Shown here one piece after another: positions 52,480 through 64,000 of a stretch of DNA of 64,000 nucleotides. Where the stretch lies: positions 20,460,001 to 20,524,000 of the forward strand of contig JBHGNT010000010.1 of assembly GCA_043228905.1 (NCBI GenBank), given 5' to 3'. Under the pieces are notes generated by a model, which did no database searches, was not told the DNA's origin, and saw only the letters and a list, made by a program, of their open reading frames with translations. Origin of the DNA: Azolla caroliniana (Eukaryota > Plantae > Polypodiophyta). Numbering within the stretch: position 1 is the stretch's first letter; the number at the start of each line of letters is the position of its first letter. The position numbers and the translations under genes were made by a program.

Positions 52480-53520
52480 TACCTTTGTTATGAAGGCGAG
52501 TAGGGATGAATGTCTAGTTGAGGCTACATTAAAACTTATTAGAATTCTAGCTAAGGTAGATAAGATTTGAATACTTGATCATGATCCTAATGTGGTTCAT
52601 CCATGGTGGGATCTATGGGTAGTGGGGAAAAAACCATTAGGTGAATTGGAATGGGATCTATGGGTAGTGGGGAAAAAACCATTAGGTGAATTGGAATGGG
52701 ATCCAAGGGAATAGATGTAGTTACCTACATCATATTATAGGGAGGATGTTCGGCTAATACCGTTTTTTCAACATTCGGTTTGATTGGGGAGGGAGATGAT
52801 AAGACGTAGGGTACCCCACTAGTCGACATAAGCAAAGACATGGTTGAGTTATATTATTGATCCTATTCACATTATTCACATCATTGAGCTATGGGTCATG
52901 CAAATTCCAAATAATATTATTTTATTAGATGGTTGATTCTTCATTATGCGGTTCTTGTTAGAGTTTGGATGTATTCTAAGGACGTGGATAAGATGTGTGA
53001 TTTATGTGGATTAGAGATGGAATCCCTTCATCACCTATTCTGGTTCTATATGGCTACCCTTGCATGAGGTATATGGCTCTAGAATATATAAATGAGGGGT
53101 AGTGATGTGAGTCGATATTAAGGGTGAGCTACAAGATTATGCAAAAGAAAAGGCTAACTTTGCACTGTATACAAGAGGTCGATATGTCGAGGAAGGGTCG
53201 CCATGTATGCACATTAATTCAGTATAGAATGAAGTGGTTTGGGAGACGATTAGTTCAATAGTCTTTTGGGTTTTATGGACTAGTACATGTTGAAGCATAT
53301 TTTAGAAAATGCAATGGATGTAGTGAAGGAGATTTGGCTGACTTTGGGGCATACACTAAAAGGTGAATATGATGCTATCAAGGGTCATTCAAATGTAGTC
53401 TTTCGAAGGCAAGAGGTTTTTAAGAAGAGATGGGAAAGGATGAATGTCTTCTGCATGGTTAATTTTTGTATACATTGGAGGTATCAACCACCTCTCTAGG
53501 TATTTCCTCCATCGACATGA
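52480..53520 (+). mobile_element. L1-type LINE remnant (zf-RVT and C-terminal region); contains a 45-bp tandem duplication at ~52607-52702
   Basis: Zinc-knuckle-like DKMCDLCGLEMESLHHLFWF at ~52987, then VFWVLW...EIWLTLGHTLKGEYDAIKG...FKKRW. Many stops and frameshifts. The 5' boundary is approximate. Confidence 0.75.
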
Positions 53521-54114
53521 GGCATGTCCCCATGTACAACTGTTCTTGGTAATGCTTTGGGAGATATGTATGGCCGTGGCAGCCTAAGAGCAGTTAACAA
53601 GGTAAAAACATGTGTTGAAGTATCGTGTAAATTGCTTTAGACATAATATAAATCATAGTTGGCCAAAAAAAGAAGAAAAAAGAAGTTGTCACAATGCCTA
53701 TAACACCTTGGTTGAAGCGAGATACCAATGTTATCAACATGTTTGTTGTTTGTTTGCATCATTATTCCCATTATTCAATAGAGGTTTATGACCTTCCAGT
53801 TATGAAAGGAAGTTTGGTTGGGTCATGTGTGGTCTGTCTACTTGGTGGTGGTGCAATCAAACTGCAAATATCATAAGGTCCTGTAGCTTCTCTACATTCT
53901 TCTCTTATGCCACAAAATCGATGTTCCCGTCACAACATATATATGTATCTCGGAGAGACTACTCCAATTTGTCATTCCAAAATATCTTGGACGAAAATAT
54001 GCACTATTTTTCTCAATATTCTGTTGAGCCATGCAAGAAAATGGACTCCATTTTGGCTCCCTAATGGAAAGGAGAGGGAAAACCTACTTCTAATTATCAT
54101 TACAAAAACCCTTC

Positions 54115-54245
54115 CATTCTTCTTCTTCTTCTTCTTCTTCTTCTTTATATTTATTATTATTACAAATACAAATATTATTATTATTACTACAATTTACAAT
54201 TTACAATTTACGATTATTATTATTATTATTATTATTACTGTTATT
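54115..54245. repeat. (TTC)n and (ATT)n trinucleotide microsatellites upstream of H2A.X
   Basis: Direct reading. Confidence 0.9.
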
Positions 54246-54342
54246 GTTTTTATATTTTTTGAAGGAGCGGCGGTGAAATTTTATTAATTTTCGAAAATAA
54301 GCGGAAGCAGAGTAAGTGGAGACTGCAAGCACAGTGGCGGCT

Positions 54343-55886
54343 ATGGCGATGGTGAGCGATGAAGAACCCGAAGGCGAAGAAGAACGAACGGGAGATGAAG
54401 GGTCTGAGCAAGAAGAATCAGGAGAAGAAGAAGAAGGAGGAGGAGAAGGAGGAGGAGGAGGAGGAGGAGCAGCAGTAACGAAAGGACGAGAAAAGAAAGA
54501 GGAAGGAAAACCGAAGAAGAGAGAAGGAAGGAAGGAATCGAAAGGAGCGAAGGTTAGAAAACAATCGGAAGGAGCAGGCGAAAATGGAGGTGAAGAAGAC
54601 GAAGACGAAGACGAAGGTGAAGATGAAGATGAAGAAGAAGAAGAAGAAGAAGGAGAAGAAGAAGTAGCTACTGCACCTTCCCCTGCAGCGAAGGTTGTTC
54701 CTGCAACCATACCTTCGCATGGGGGAGGAAGAGGGAGAGCCGTGGGGAAAAGAGCCTCTGCTTCTGTGTCAAGATCGACTAAGGCGGGTCTCCAGTTCCC
54801 TGTAAGCAGGATCGCAAGGTACCTGAAGGCAGGGCGATATGCAGAGAGGGTCGGATCGGGAGCCCCTGTCTACCTGGCGGCGGTCCTAGAATACCTAGCT
54901 GCAGAGGTGAGGCATAAGCTTAGGTCTATCAATCCATGGATATATCTCTGTCTCCATTCCTCTCTTCTTTCGTCATTGTTTTCCCATCATCTTCTTTGAT
55001 CATATTCATCACTGTCATCATCATCATCCATCTCCATCTCCATCTCCATCTTCATCTCCATCTTCAGACTTCTTTCATCATCTAACTTCTTTCATCATCT
55101 AACTTCTTTATTATCACCATCTATCTCTTCATCTTTCTGCCTTATCATTATATTTGTCTTATATCATCTTATGCATCGTCAATGGTCTTCTTCATTCTTT
55201 AGTAATCAATCATCGTTATAACGTGTGAATTTTGAGTGGTCGATACATGTTTCTTATTCACCATCTGTTCTTTAGGGTTTATGTAAACTGCTAAAATCCT
55301 CATAGGCGTTCTTTTGAGCAAGGTTATTTTTATAAGTTGTTCGGGTTTCTATGATTATATAGGGCTTGTTCTTATTCTAGGGTTTCATGGCACCACCGTA
55401 TTGAAAACAGTTGTGATTGGTTCAAGAAGAAAACCATTCGGTTCGATCTGGGCCATTAAAGCCTAGGCTTGGACGGTTTGGACAGGACGAAAAATATCCT
55501 CTTCTTTGATCCTAAGGGTCTCTTAAAATACTCACACCCGGTCATGGTCATGGTCATGGTCATCGGTGCGATATGTCCTTGGATGGGCATAATGCCTAGT
55601 GTCTAGTGACCACCCTAGTGCCTAAATGTCCTTTCTCTTTCTCTTGAAGGTATTGGAGCTTGCCGGGAATGCGGCACGGGACAACAAGAAGAGCCGTATC
55701 ATACCCCGACACATCCAACTAGCAATCCGTAATGACGAGGAGTTGGCTAAGCTACTCGGCCATGTCACCATCGCCAACGGGGGGGTCATCCCTAACATTC
55801 ATTCCGTGCTCTTGCCCAAAACCCAAACCTCTTCTTCGTCCAAGAGCTCGGGCCTCGATCCCATCAGCCAATCCCAAGAGTTTTGA
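54343..55886 (+). CDS. H2AX: Histone H2A.X (C-terminal SQEF) with a long predicted acidic N-terminal extension; exons 54343-54906 and 55650-55886 (266 aa)
   Basis: Histone fold [46 protein letters not shown]|[37 protein letters not shown]...LLPK, ending SQSQEF*. The intron is at the usual plant H2A position. The only in-frame ATGs before the fold are 54343 and 54349; the H2A.X identity is firm, the start less so. Confidence 0.93.
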
Positions 55887-58502
55887 TTTTTTTACATCGA
55901 TGATACACCCTGTGATAGTGATCGGATCGGAACTTTCTCCGCCCGTGTGATCGGATCGGAACTTGGATTGGAACATTCTCCCCCCATATGAGCTTATATG
56001 TAGAGTGATTATGTATGATGAGAGGTAATTAGTATGAATTTGCTAGCATGACCTCTTAGAGAGGAAACCCATTGTTTTGTTATTTTTGAAAGCCTCATCC
56101 GAAGAAACTAATATGTAAAGACCGAAAACTTTCCGAAGGAAGGAAAACAAAATTATGATGATAGGTAGTACAAAAGTCTTTTGACCGTCAGGAGTCTGGA
56201 ATCTGCCTCCCTTTTTATCGAGGGCACATTATGTTTTATATATTTCTAGTGGCAAATGTCACATCTTACTTCACATGAAGAGGTAGAATTGTTTGAGAAA
56301 ATAGGTTTGGTCATTTCTAGTTTCTGTTTTGTCACAAGATAAATTACATTTTGAGCATCTAAAGTCCTTTGTCTAGTGTTGATCTTGGAAAAAATTGTTG
56401 GGAACCATTGTTGAATGTCATTGTCTAGTTGGAAGGTAGCAAAGTATCTTTACACCTGCCACAATATCTCGTTGGTGGTAAATTGTAATTGCTAGGATAC
56501 TCATGCCTGGTATATCAATGGGTGCGAATGAAAAATGGATAAATATAGTCAATAGTTTAGGAAAATGGTCATTTCCAAGTTGTAAATGTTTGTGATGGAA
56601 AGATCAAATTTATGAAAATATGAAAATATTGGAAAACACAAGCTTTACTATGGACAGATATGCAGATGTCTGATGAAGAATTTGCAAATGATTGCAACTA
56701 CGGATAGGTGCATATGATTTTCTGTGCAGTGTTCTAAAGTTTTCACACTTGTGGTGAAATTATGTTTAGGAGTTCCGCAAGGTCTCCAAAGGAGTCTAAT
56801 AAGTCCTTGGATTGTGACAACGAAAACTATTTTCTAGGAGATCAATAAGTCATTTTGGTACTAGGCATGCTAGTCATGGATTGCAAGTGAGGCATATTTA
56901 TGTATTAAATCACTTTATGCAAACATGTGAGAACAAATCACTAATACTAAATCCAACAAATCTAAGTATTTTCAATGCATTCACTATTAGGCTCCTATAC
57001 AATATAACGTGAACAAAAAGAGTGATGAGTATGTATCATAATCACACCATCGACTAATTACTATTGTATTAAGGAAATGGTAGATATATAATAAAAACAA
57101 TAAATGGTAGAAATGATTCCATTGTAGCCAGAGGCCATTTATAATCAAAATGATTACTTTGAAAATTTTGAACTTCAAAAGTCATACATATTTTTTTTCT
57201 TTTTTGCTAAGAAAAATGAATTACATTGTAACATAGGTAGGCCCCAAAATAAGTGAAGCCAAATGACACGCGGCATAATGGTCATTGGAGAACTATTCTT
57301 GGTGCACTATCATACAAGGGGGAAAATGAATTATGACAAGGTAGGGTTGAATTTTCAACAAGATCGGCTACACATATCCATTGTTTTTGCATGTAATAAA
57401 TATTGCTTAAAGACAATCTCTGCCTATTGTGTGCAACTTCTTGGAGATTTTTGGCACATGGATGTTTTGAACCATGCACATGGTTTGCTAAAGTCTCATA
57501 AAACATACAATACAAGATGCATGGCCGTCGTGGTGAGTCCCACACATACATGGGGGTATCATTTGGAACTTTTGAGACTCATAAACCCTTTTGCAATTTG
57601 CCTCATCTCTTTGATGGTGATGGATTCCTTTCAACCCTATTATCCCTACCACCATGGAGCACTCAGCAAGTGATATGGTTTGACGAATAGATTGCGGAAA
57701 ATGAGATGGTACAACAAGTTTGTTTGGGTGGCATACTAATATGCATGTGTTTTATGTTGGTAATTGCAAATGTTGTAAAGAGAGTACAAGATTGGCTCGT
57801 ATCTTTCTCGTAGAGATTCAATTTCCAACCCGACTCTTTGATTGTTCGAACATATTGAACAATTTGTGCATTTTATGCCCTAAAAAATATGGCTAAGTTC
57901 AACTTAGAACCCTCTCTATCATCAAAGAAGAGCCTAACCACTAGTGCCCAGGTGCCCTCATGTCTTAGGTTACTTTCGTAAGCATTTTTAAGTAAGTCCA
58001 TGATCTTCATCATGTGTACTAACTCATTTTTCATGTGTTCGTTCATTATTCATGCAATTTAAAAATATAGTGTAATGCACATGGAGGATCATGTGTAGTT
58101 CCTTACTGCGTTGGTTACCACAACATTAGCAAGAAATATAATTTAACATTATAACCTTGCCAATCTATGACCATTAAGGAGGCAAACGTACCTTCCAACT
58201 TTTCAAATCGATCTTCTCGTGATCGATATCTACGCACCTGGCGCATCAATGCAAAATCCCACATGTGCAGTCGATGGGTTAACACCTTAGCCGATATAAT
58301 CAATCCCCTTTAGATTGGTCGGCAATTGCAAAGTGCGGCCACTATGTTGGCTTGCGAGGAAGCTATGCCTATATAAGGGATGCTTGACTTGATGGGAAAC
58401 AACACATGCTAAGCACCACCCAATTGCAAGTGTGGAGACACTTCAATGGATAGTACATACATACATACATAACAACATACGGACAGGCATGCATACATAA
58501 GG

Positions 58503-58523
58503 TACATACATATACATATACAT

Positions 58524-58571
<48 letters not shown>

Positions 58572-58602
58572 CATACATATACACATACATATACATATAC
58601 AC

Positions 58603-58661
<59 letters not shown>

Positions 58662-58698
58662 CATACACATACATATACACATACACATACATATACAC

Positions 58699-58746
<48 letters not shown>
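58503..58746. repeat. (ATATAC)n hexanucleotide microsatellite upstream of the 14-3-3 gene
   Basis: Direct reading; source of the MY/CI spurious ORFs. Confidence 0.97.
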
Positions 58747-58747
<1 letters not shown>

Positions 58748-58980
58748 ATAAATATATGTACATTATACTGTATACATATATCAATATGTATATATAATTT
58801 GTACATATATAATAATGCATTGCACCCTTTCTTCTTCCTCCCTTTTTCTTTTCTGCTTTATTTCTTTCCACCAGCGAAGCAGAAGCAGAAGCAGAAGCAG
58901 CAGAAGAAGACAACGAAGTAGAAGACGCAAGAAGAAAGAGAAAAGGAGATACTGTGTCTGTTGCAGCTCTCGCCATCGCC

Positions 58981-61945
58981 ATGACGAACGAGAAGGAGAG
59001 GGAGGCGCATGTTTATTTGGCCAAGGTCGCTGAGCAAGCTGAGCGTTATGAAGGTACTCTCTCTCTCTCTCCCCTCTCTTGACTGTTTCTTCTTGTTCTT
59101 TTGATCCTACCTTCTTCATCCTCCGTTAAGTGCACTAGAAGATCTCTAGTTTCCTCCATGCTTTTCTTGACCTGAATGTCGAAGTCCAGAGTTGTCAAGC
59201 TTTCTGCGGACATTTTCTGACCTGGATGACTTGAAGAGAAGACTCTCTAAAATTTATTGGCTAAAATGTTGGGAAAACAGGATATTATTTGGGGTTTATT
59301 TCATGTAAATGTTAAGAAAACGAAATATCTCAAAGTTCAGAGTCTCTTTGGCCTGAATGTTAAGAAAAAAATACAGATCGAAAATTTCCCTGCTTCTTTT
59401 TGGCTTAAATTTTCAGAAGTTGAAAGTTTTCAAATTTTATAAGCATTCCATCATCTGAAGATTGGGAAGAAGAAATATTTCGTAGAGATTTTTTACTTCA
59501 AGAAGAAGATGACCAAAAAGCTCCAAAATGTTCTGCATCCTTTTCTGACTTAAAAGTTTTGAAGAAGAAACGTTTTAGATAGTTGGCGATTTCTTTGATG
59601 TAAATGCGAACATCATGAAAGTTGTAAACTTCGGAAGTTTTTCTTTGATCCAAAACATTGAGAATAGAATTTTTTTGATTAATTCATCAATTACTAACCT
59701 ATATGCTACATTTCTGAACAGAAATGGTGGAGTTCATGAAGAACGTGGCTAAACTTGATGTTGAACTCACTGTTGAAGAAAGGAATCTTCTCTCAGTGGG
59801 ATATAAGAATGTTATTGGTGCTAGAAGAGCTTCTTGGCGCATATTATCTTCCATCGAGCAGAAGGAAGAGAGTAAAGGAAATGAACAACACGTGCAACAG
59901 ATAAAAGATTATCGCAAGAAAGTAGAAGGAGAACTTACCGATATCTGTAATGATATCTTAACTGTGATTGATGAGCATCTTTTACCATCATCTAGCTCGG
60001 GCGAGTTTGCTGTCTTCTACCATAAGATGTATGCCAAATTGTTTTTTCGGTCTTTGTTTTATTATCATGAGATGTATACTATCGGCTTGTTCTTCTGTCC
60101 TAAGATATCTTTGAATCATAGTTATATTTATGATTAGAATACGTTTTAGAATGCTCTGAAGTATTTAACATGTATTCTACATTTTAGAACCGTTATTTAA
60201 AATATCCACGTATTTATTGTAGTCCAAACGTCTACATATTTAAGTATTTTTATGTTCTGTAAAAAAAAGTTCTGAAAAAAAAATGTAAAAATAAAAAATT
60301 GGCCGAATTTCAGTGGTAGATGCAAGGCAAATATAAGAAGGGTGAATACTCTGAAAATACTTGGCGTCAATATTCTACAATATTCTATGCATATTGTATG
60401 CTAAGCATTTTACAACTGTGATTAGAATGTTCTGATATGTTATCATGATATGTATTATCAAGCTAGATATTACAATTTTCCATACGGTGTAGTGTATCCA
60501 TGTTGTCATCTTTCTGTAATATTGCTGTTGTCAATGGATAGTTCTGATATGCATTGTCTTCTCCATTTTTTTAGGAAAGGTGATTATTACAGGTATTTAT
60601 CTGAGTTCAAAACTGGAGAGGAAAGGAAACTAGCTGCTGATCAATCTCTGGCATCTTATCAAGTATGTTTTGAAGTCGTAAATTGTTCATAATTTTGTTC
60701 AATATAAATGATCGAATAAATTAATATATTATGAAAGCATAAACAATATAAATATTGGGTGAATGTTTAACTTCCTGTAATGTGCTTATTTTATATTATT
60801 ATTACCACTGCATTCTTGAAATTTCGTAAAATTTATTTGATCTTTCAAATTTTATGATGGAAATGAAAGGGCAAAACCATGATAAATAGTTAGTGAATAT
60901 TTCCACCCCATTTTGTTTGCATGGCCTTGGAATTTACCATGGAAGAATGTGTTAGTTAAGTTTGGTTCATGTGTTAGTTAACTTCCTGTAATGTTCTTGA
61001 CGTAGATCAGAGGTGTGATGTTGATCTTTTGGCAACTCTGAACACTGAAATCAGCATGATGCTGCTCTCTTTGTGCTGTTTTATGTGTTCATTTTTTTGT
61101 TCTGTTAATTTCTGTGTTTATGGAAGGCTCTAGTAATTGTATGTGATCATTTTTGTTCAGACAGAATAATATCTAAACCATAGCCATGAGAATATTTGCT
61201 AATATTATAGATATATATAAGACAATTTTACTAATCGTGGACCCACTGGTTTGGCAGGCTGCATCTACCACTGCATCTACTGAATTATCTCCTACACATC
61301 CAATTAGGCTTGGCTTGGCATTGAATTTTTCAGTGTTCTATTATGAAATTGTCAACTCACCAGAGCTGTAAGCTGATTCGTGAATATTGAAGTACTATAA
61401 AAGTTAAAATTTATGGGGAGAGCTCCTGAAACTGTGTTTTTCTTATATACCCCAATAACTATGATTTTCGTTGTTTGCCCAAACACCCAGGTTCGATCCC
61501 CAAAAGAGAGAAAAGGGGGATGAATTGACCTTTCAATTGCTCAATATAGTGAATATGATTTCTTGGCTGGGTGTTTACTGAGGGCGTTTGGGAAACAATG
61601 AAAAGTAACTAGTGTTTGTGAGGTAAAGAAGAATTTCTCATTTCACATCCAAATGTTGATTGTTTATGTCAGGGCATGTCAGCTTGCAAAACAAGCATTT
61701 GATGAGGCTATTGCTGAACTTGATACGCTCAGTGAGGACTCTTATAAAGACAGCACTCTGATTATGCAACTCTTGAGAGATAATCTCACTCTTTGGACAT
61801 CGGATCTGCAAGATGATGGAGGTTTGTGATTCAAATCTCATGCATTTGATTTTTTTGCATTTAAGTTCTAGGTGGTATTGAGTGTTTTTGTTTTATGCAT
61901 TCAGGTGATGACATAATCAAAGGTGAAGAGAAAGAGGTAATTTAA
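58981..61945 (+). CDS. 14-3-3 protein, epsilon-type exon structure; exons 58981-59053, 59722-60028, 60575-60662, 61258-61367, 61673-61821, 61905-61945
   Basis: Spliced product: [24 protein letters not shown]|EMVEFMK...[20 protein letters not shown]...YHKM|[11 protein letters not shown]...|[19 protein letters not shown]...|[22 protein letters not shown]...|[13 protein letters not shown]. Confidence 0.96.
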
Positions 61946-63249
61946 CCTTTTCTTGCTCAATTAAAGGCCAAGTGAAATATCATTGTTTATAATTCCTTGT
62001 ATGTCAAGTCCGTAGTTATAATGTTGCATTTTCCGATGATTATTTTGTAAGATTAATGTTTGTCTCCATGACTTTTGTGATGTGCAGTAATGTAGCCCGT
62101 GTTTGTTCAACAAGGTCTTTGGAGCTCTGTTGCAGCATATTTTCAATTAAAGCATTAGCTATGACAAGTTCGGTGCATTTTTCTTTCCATATTTTTAACG
62201 TGTTGCCTAAATTCTAGCCATGGATATCTATCATCACATTACCTAATGTCAAAACAGAATATCAGTGGGCCATTCGGTATAATGGTAGTGTAAAGTTGCA
62301 TGATAGATCAAGACCATTTGTGATCTAGTTTCATGACCTAACTGTTGGTCGTTGTGTTGGTCTTGAGACATCAAATGAACCTGTCGTTCAGGCTTAAGAT
62401 TTACTGATTCCCTGATTCATCTTTATATTTAGCTTGTGTTGGATGTCTGTTGTTTGCAAAAATATGTTGATAATGATCCAGCTTAATTTAGGGTTAATAT
62501 AAAACGTCACTATCATTTGGTGGTAAATTGAAGTTCCATGTTTGTATCTGTTATAATAGAAATGCTCAGTTTTCCTTTCATTCAGCATCCTACTTTATTG
62601 GCCATTTCATTGTCCATTCCATGTTATTTGTGGCTTACAATTTGATTCTATATTTTTCATTGGGGTATAATAAAAGTTCAATTGGGTTCATAAAAGTTCT
62701 AAATACATGCATTTTTCCTTTTGTCAATGAAGGTTATTGACCGAAATAGAAACATCATGAAGTAGAATTTTATGTGCAACCTTCCTTTTCATGGGATGTA
62801 TTTTTAAGTCATGTCCCCGTATCATATGACAGATTTCTACCAATGGCAATCTCATCATTTGCGTAATAAGTTTTTGTTATTTATTGAGAAATATCTTCAG
62901 ACGTTTTTGTAAGTTGACATGAATGATTTTGTAGAAAATGTTGCCTATTGCTTTTATTATTTCCTATTGTGTAAACATTATAGATAGTTGATTAACAAAT
63001 AGAAATCTATAGCGTTCACAAAAAGGCCAATCTTTATTCATGGAACACAAGTTTTCTTGATATGTGGTAAACTGAATAAACCCCATGCAAAATAAACTCA
63101 CTTTTCATTATAGAAAGAGGCTATTTCAAAGTTTGGTAATTGACCATGCTTTTGTGCAATTTTCATCATAGAATTTAGGACAAATGAACTATTGAGTCCT
63201 ACATGGCCCTGGCCCTGGCCCTGGCCCCCCACATATAGTGGAGTAATTA

Positions 63250-63520
63250 TTACAATGTACATTTGATGTAGCTTTAGCCTAAGTGGATCATTTATGTTGT
63301 GACATATTGGGAATGGCAACAACTTATGCTATATAAAATCAAATAAATTATGGATTCTATTCCAAAACTTTGTTGCCCCCTATAGCAGGGTAATTCTTAC
63401 AATAAACATTTGATGTAGTTTTAGCATCAGTGGATCATTTCTTGTGTGATATATTGAGAATGGCAACAACTTATGCGATATAAAATTAAATAAGTTATGA
63501 ATTCTATTACAAAACTTTGT
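63250..63520. repeat. ~147-bp diverged tandem duplication
   Basis: catttgatgtag...agtggatcattt...gaatggcaacaacttatgc.atataaaat...aaaactttgtt occurs twice. Confidence 0.85.
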
Positions 63521-64000
63521 TAGTTGTTGGTAAGATGTAGTGTTCAATTGTGCCATTTCATTGACTTCATTCTCGTGCTTATAAGTAGAAAGTCAATGAC
63601 TCACAAGTTGCAAAGGTTGATCGACAATAGCTCAAGAGATTCTTATTACTAGTTGTAAGTTGTATGAACAATGATGAGTGATGAGAATCATCCTTGTTAA
63701 TTGCTACTAGCTAGGAACCTACATCGTAGATCATCCACACAATATAAATATGCATCTTATTACCATGATTGTTATTGCACATGTCATGTTTTGTTTTGGA
63801 CAGCTTTTAGTTGCTTGCTTTAGGACCATAGACCTATTTCCTCCCCATTCTTGTTGAAGGGTGAAAGTTTTCCATTTGTCTCCTATGACTCTTTCAAAAA
63901 TGTTGTTACATGCAATGTGATATTTAAAAGGGCTTGGATGGTTGGAATGTTGTCAAATCCTATCATTGTACACCATGCTAACCTTTGTTTTCAATGTATA

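Noticed and set aside
54201-54720. Ser-rich and Phe-rich minus-strand ORFs
   Set aside because: Antisense shadows of the GAA/GGA-rich H2A.X extension.
58369-58806. MYMY and CICI repeat ORFs
   Set aside because: Translations of the (ATATAC)n microsatellite.
1-64000. Possible stress-response or biosynthetic gene cluster (P5CS, CTL, LIP5, SAUR, H2A.X, 14-3-3)
   Set aside because: Unrelated pathways and no shared regulatory signature; ordinary gene neighbourhood.

Overview
Eukaryotic land-plant nuclear DNA: AT-rich, GT-AG introns, microsatellites and TTTAGGG telomere-type motifs. It is probably a fern or other non-seed vascular plant (inference from the degraded PLS-PPR copies and the fern-like plastid insert). 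Eight genes look intact: an LPE1/At3g46610-like P-type PPR (-, runs off the window start), a GH19 chitinase-like CTL gene (-), a 20-exon P5CS (+), a small DnaJ-type Cys-rich zinc-finger protein (+), a divergent LIP5/VTA1 (-), a SAUR (+), a histone H2A.X (+) and an epsilon-type 14-3-3 (+). Intergenic DNA holds PLS-PPR pseudogenes, L1-LINE remnants, dispersed and tandem repeats, and decayed plastid DNA. Most notable: (1) the H2A.X appears to carry a ~125-aa acidic/basic N-terminal extension that I do not recognise from any H2A variant; (2) a plastid rpoC1-rpoC2 fragment lies inside LIP5 intron 1; (3) one PPR pseudogene has a 16-bp flanking direct repeat plus an A-tract, the hallmarks of a retrocopy; (4) the CTL-type GH19 protein keeps both catalytic glutamates. 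Exon models were built by hand from splice sites and reading frames, and family assignments come from recalled homolog sequences, not database searches.
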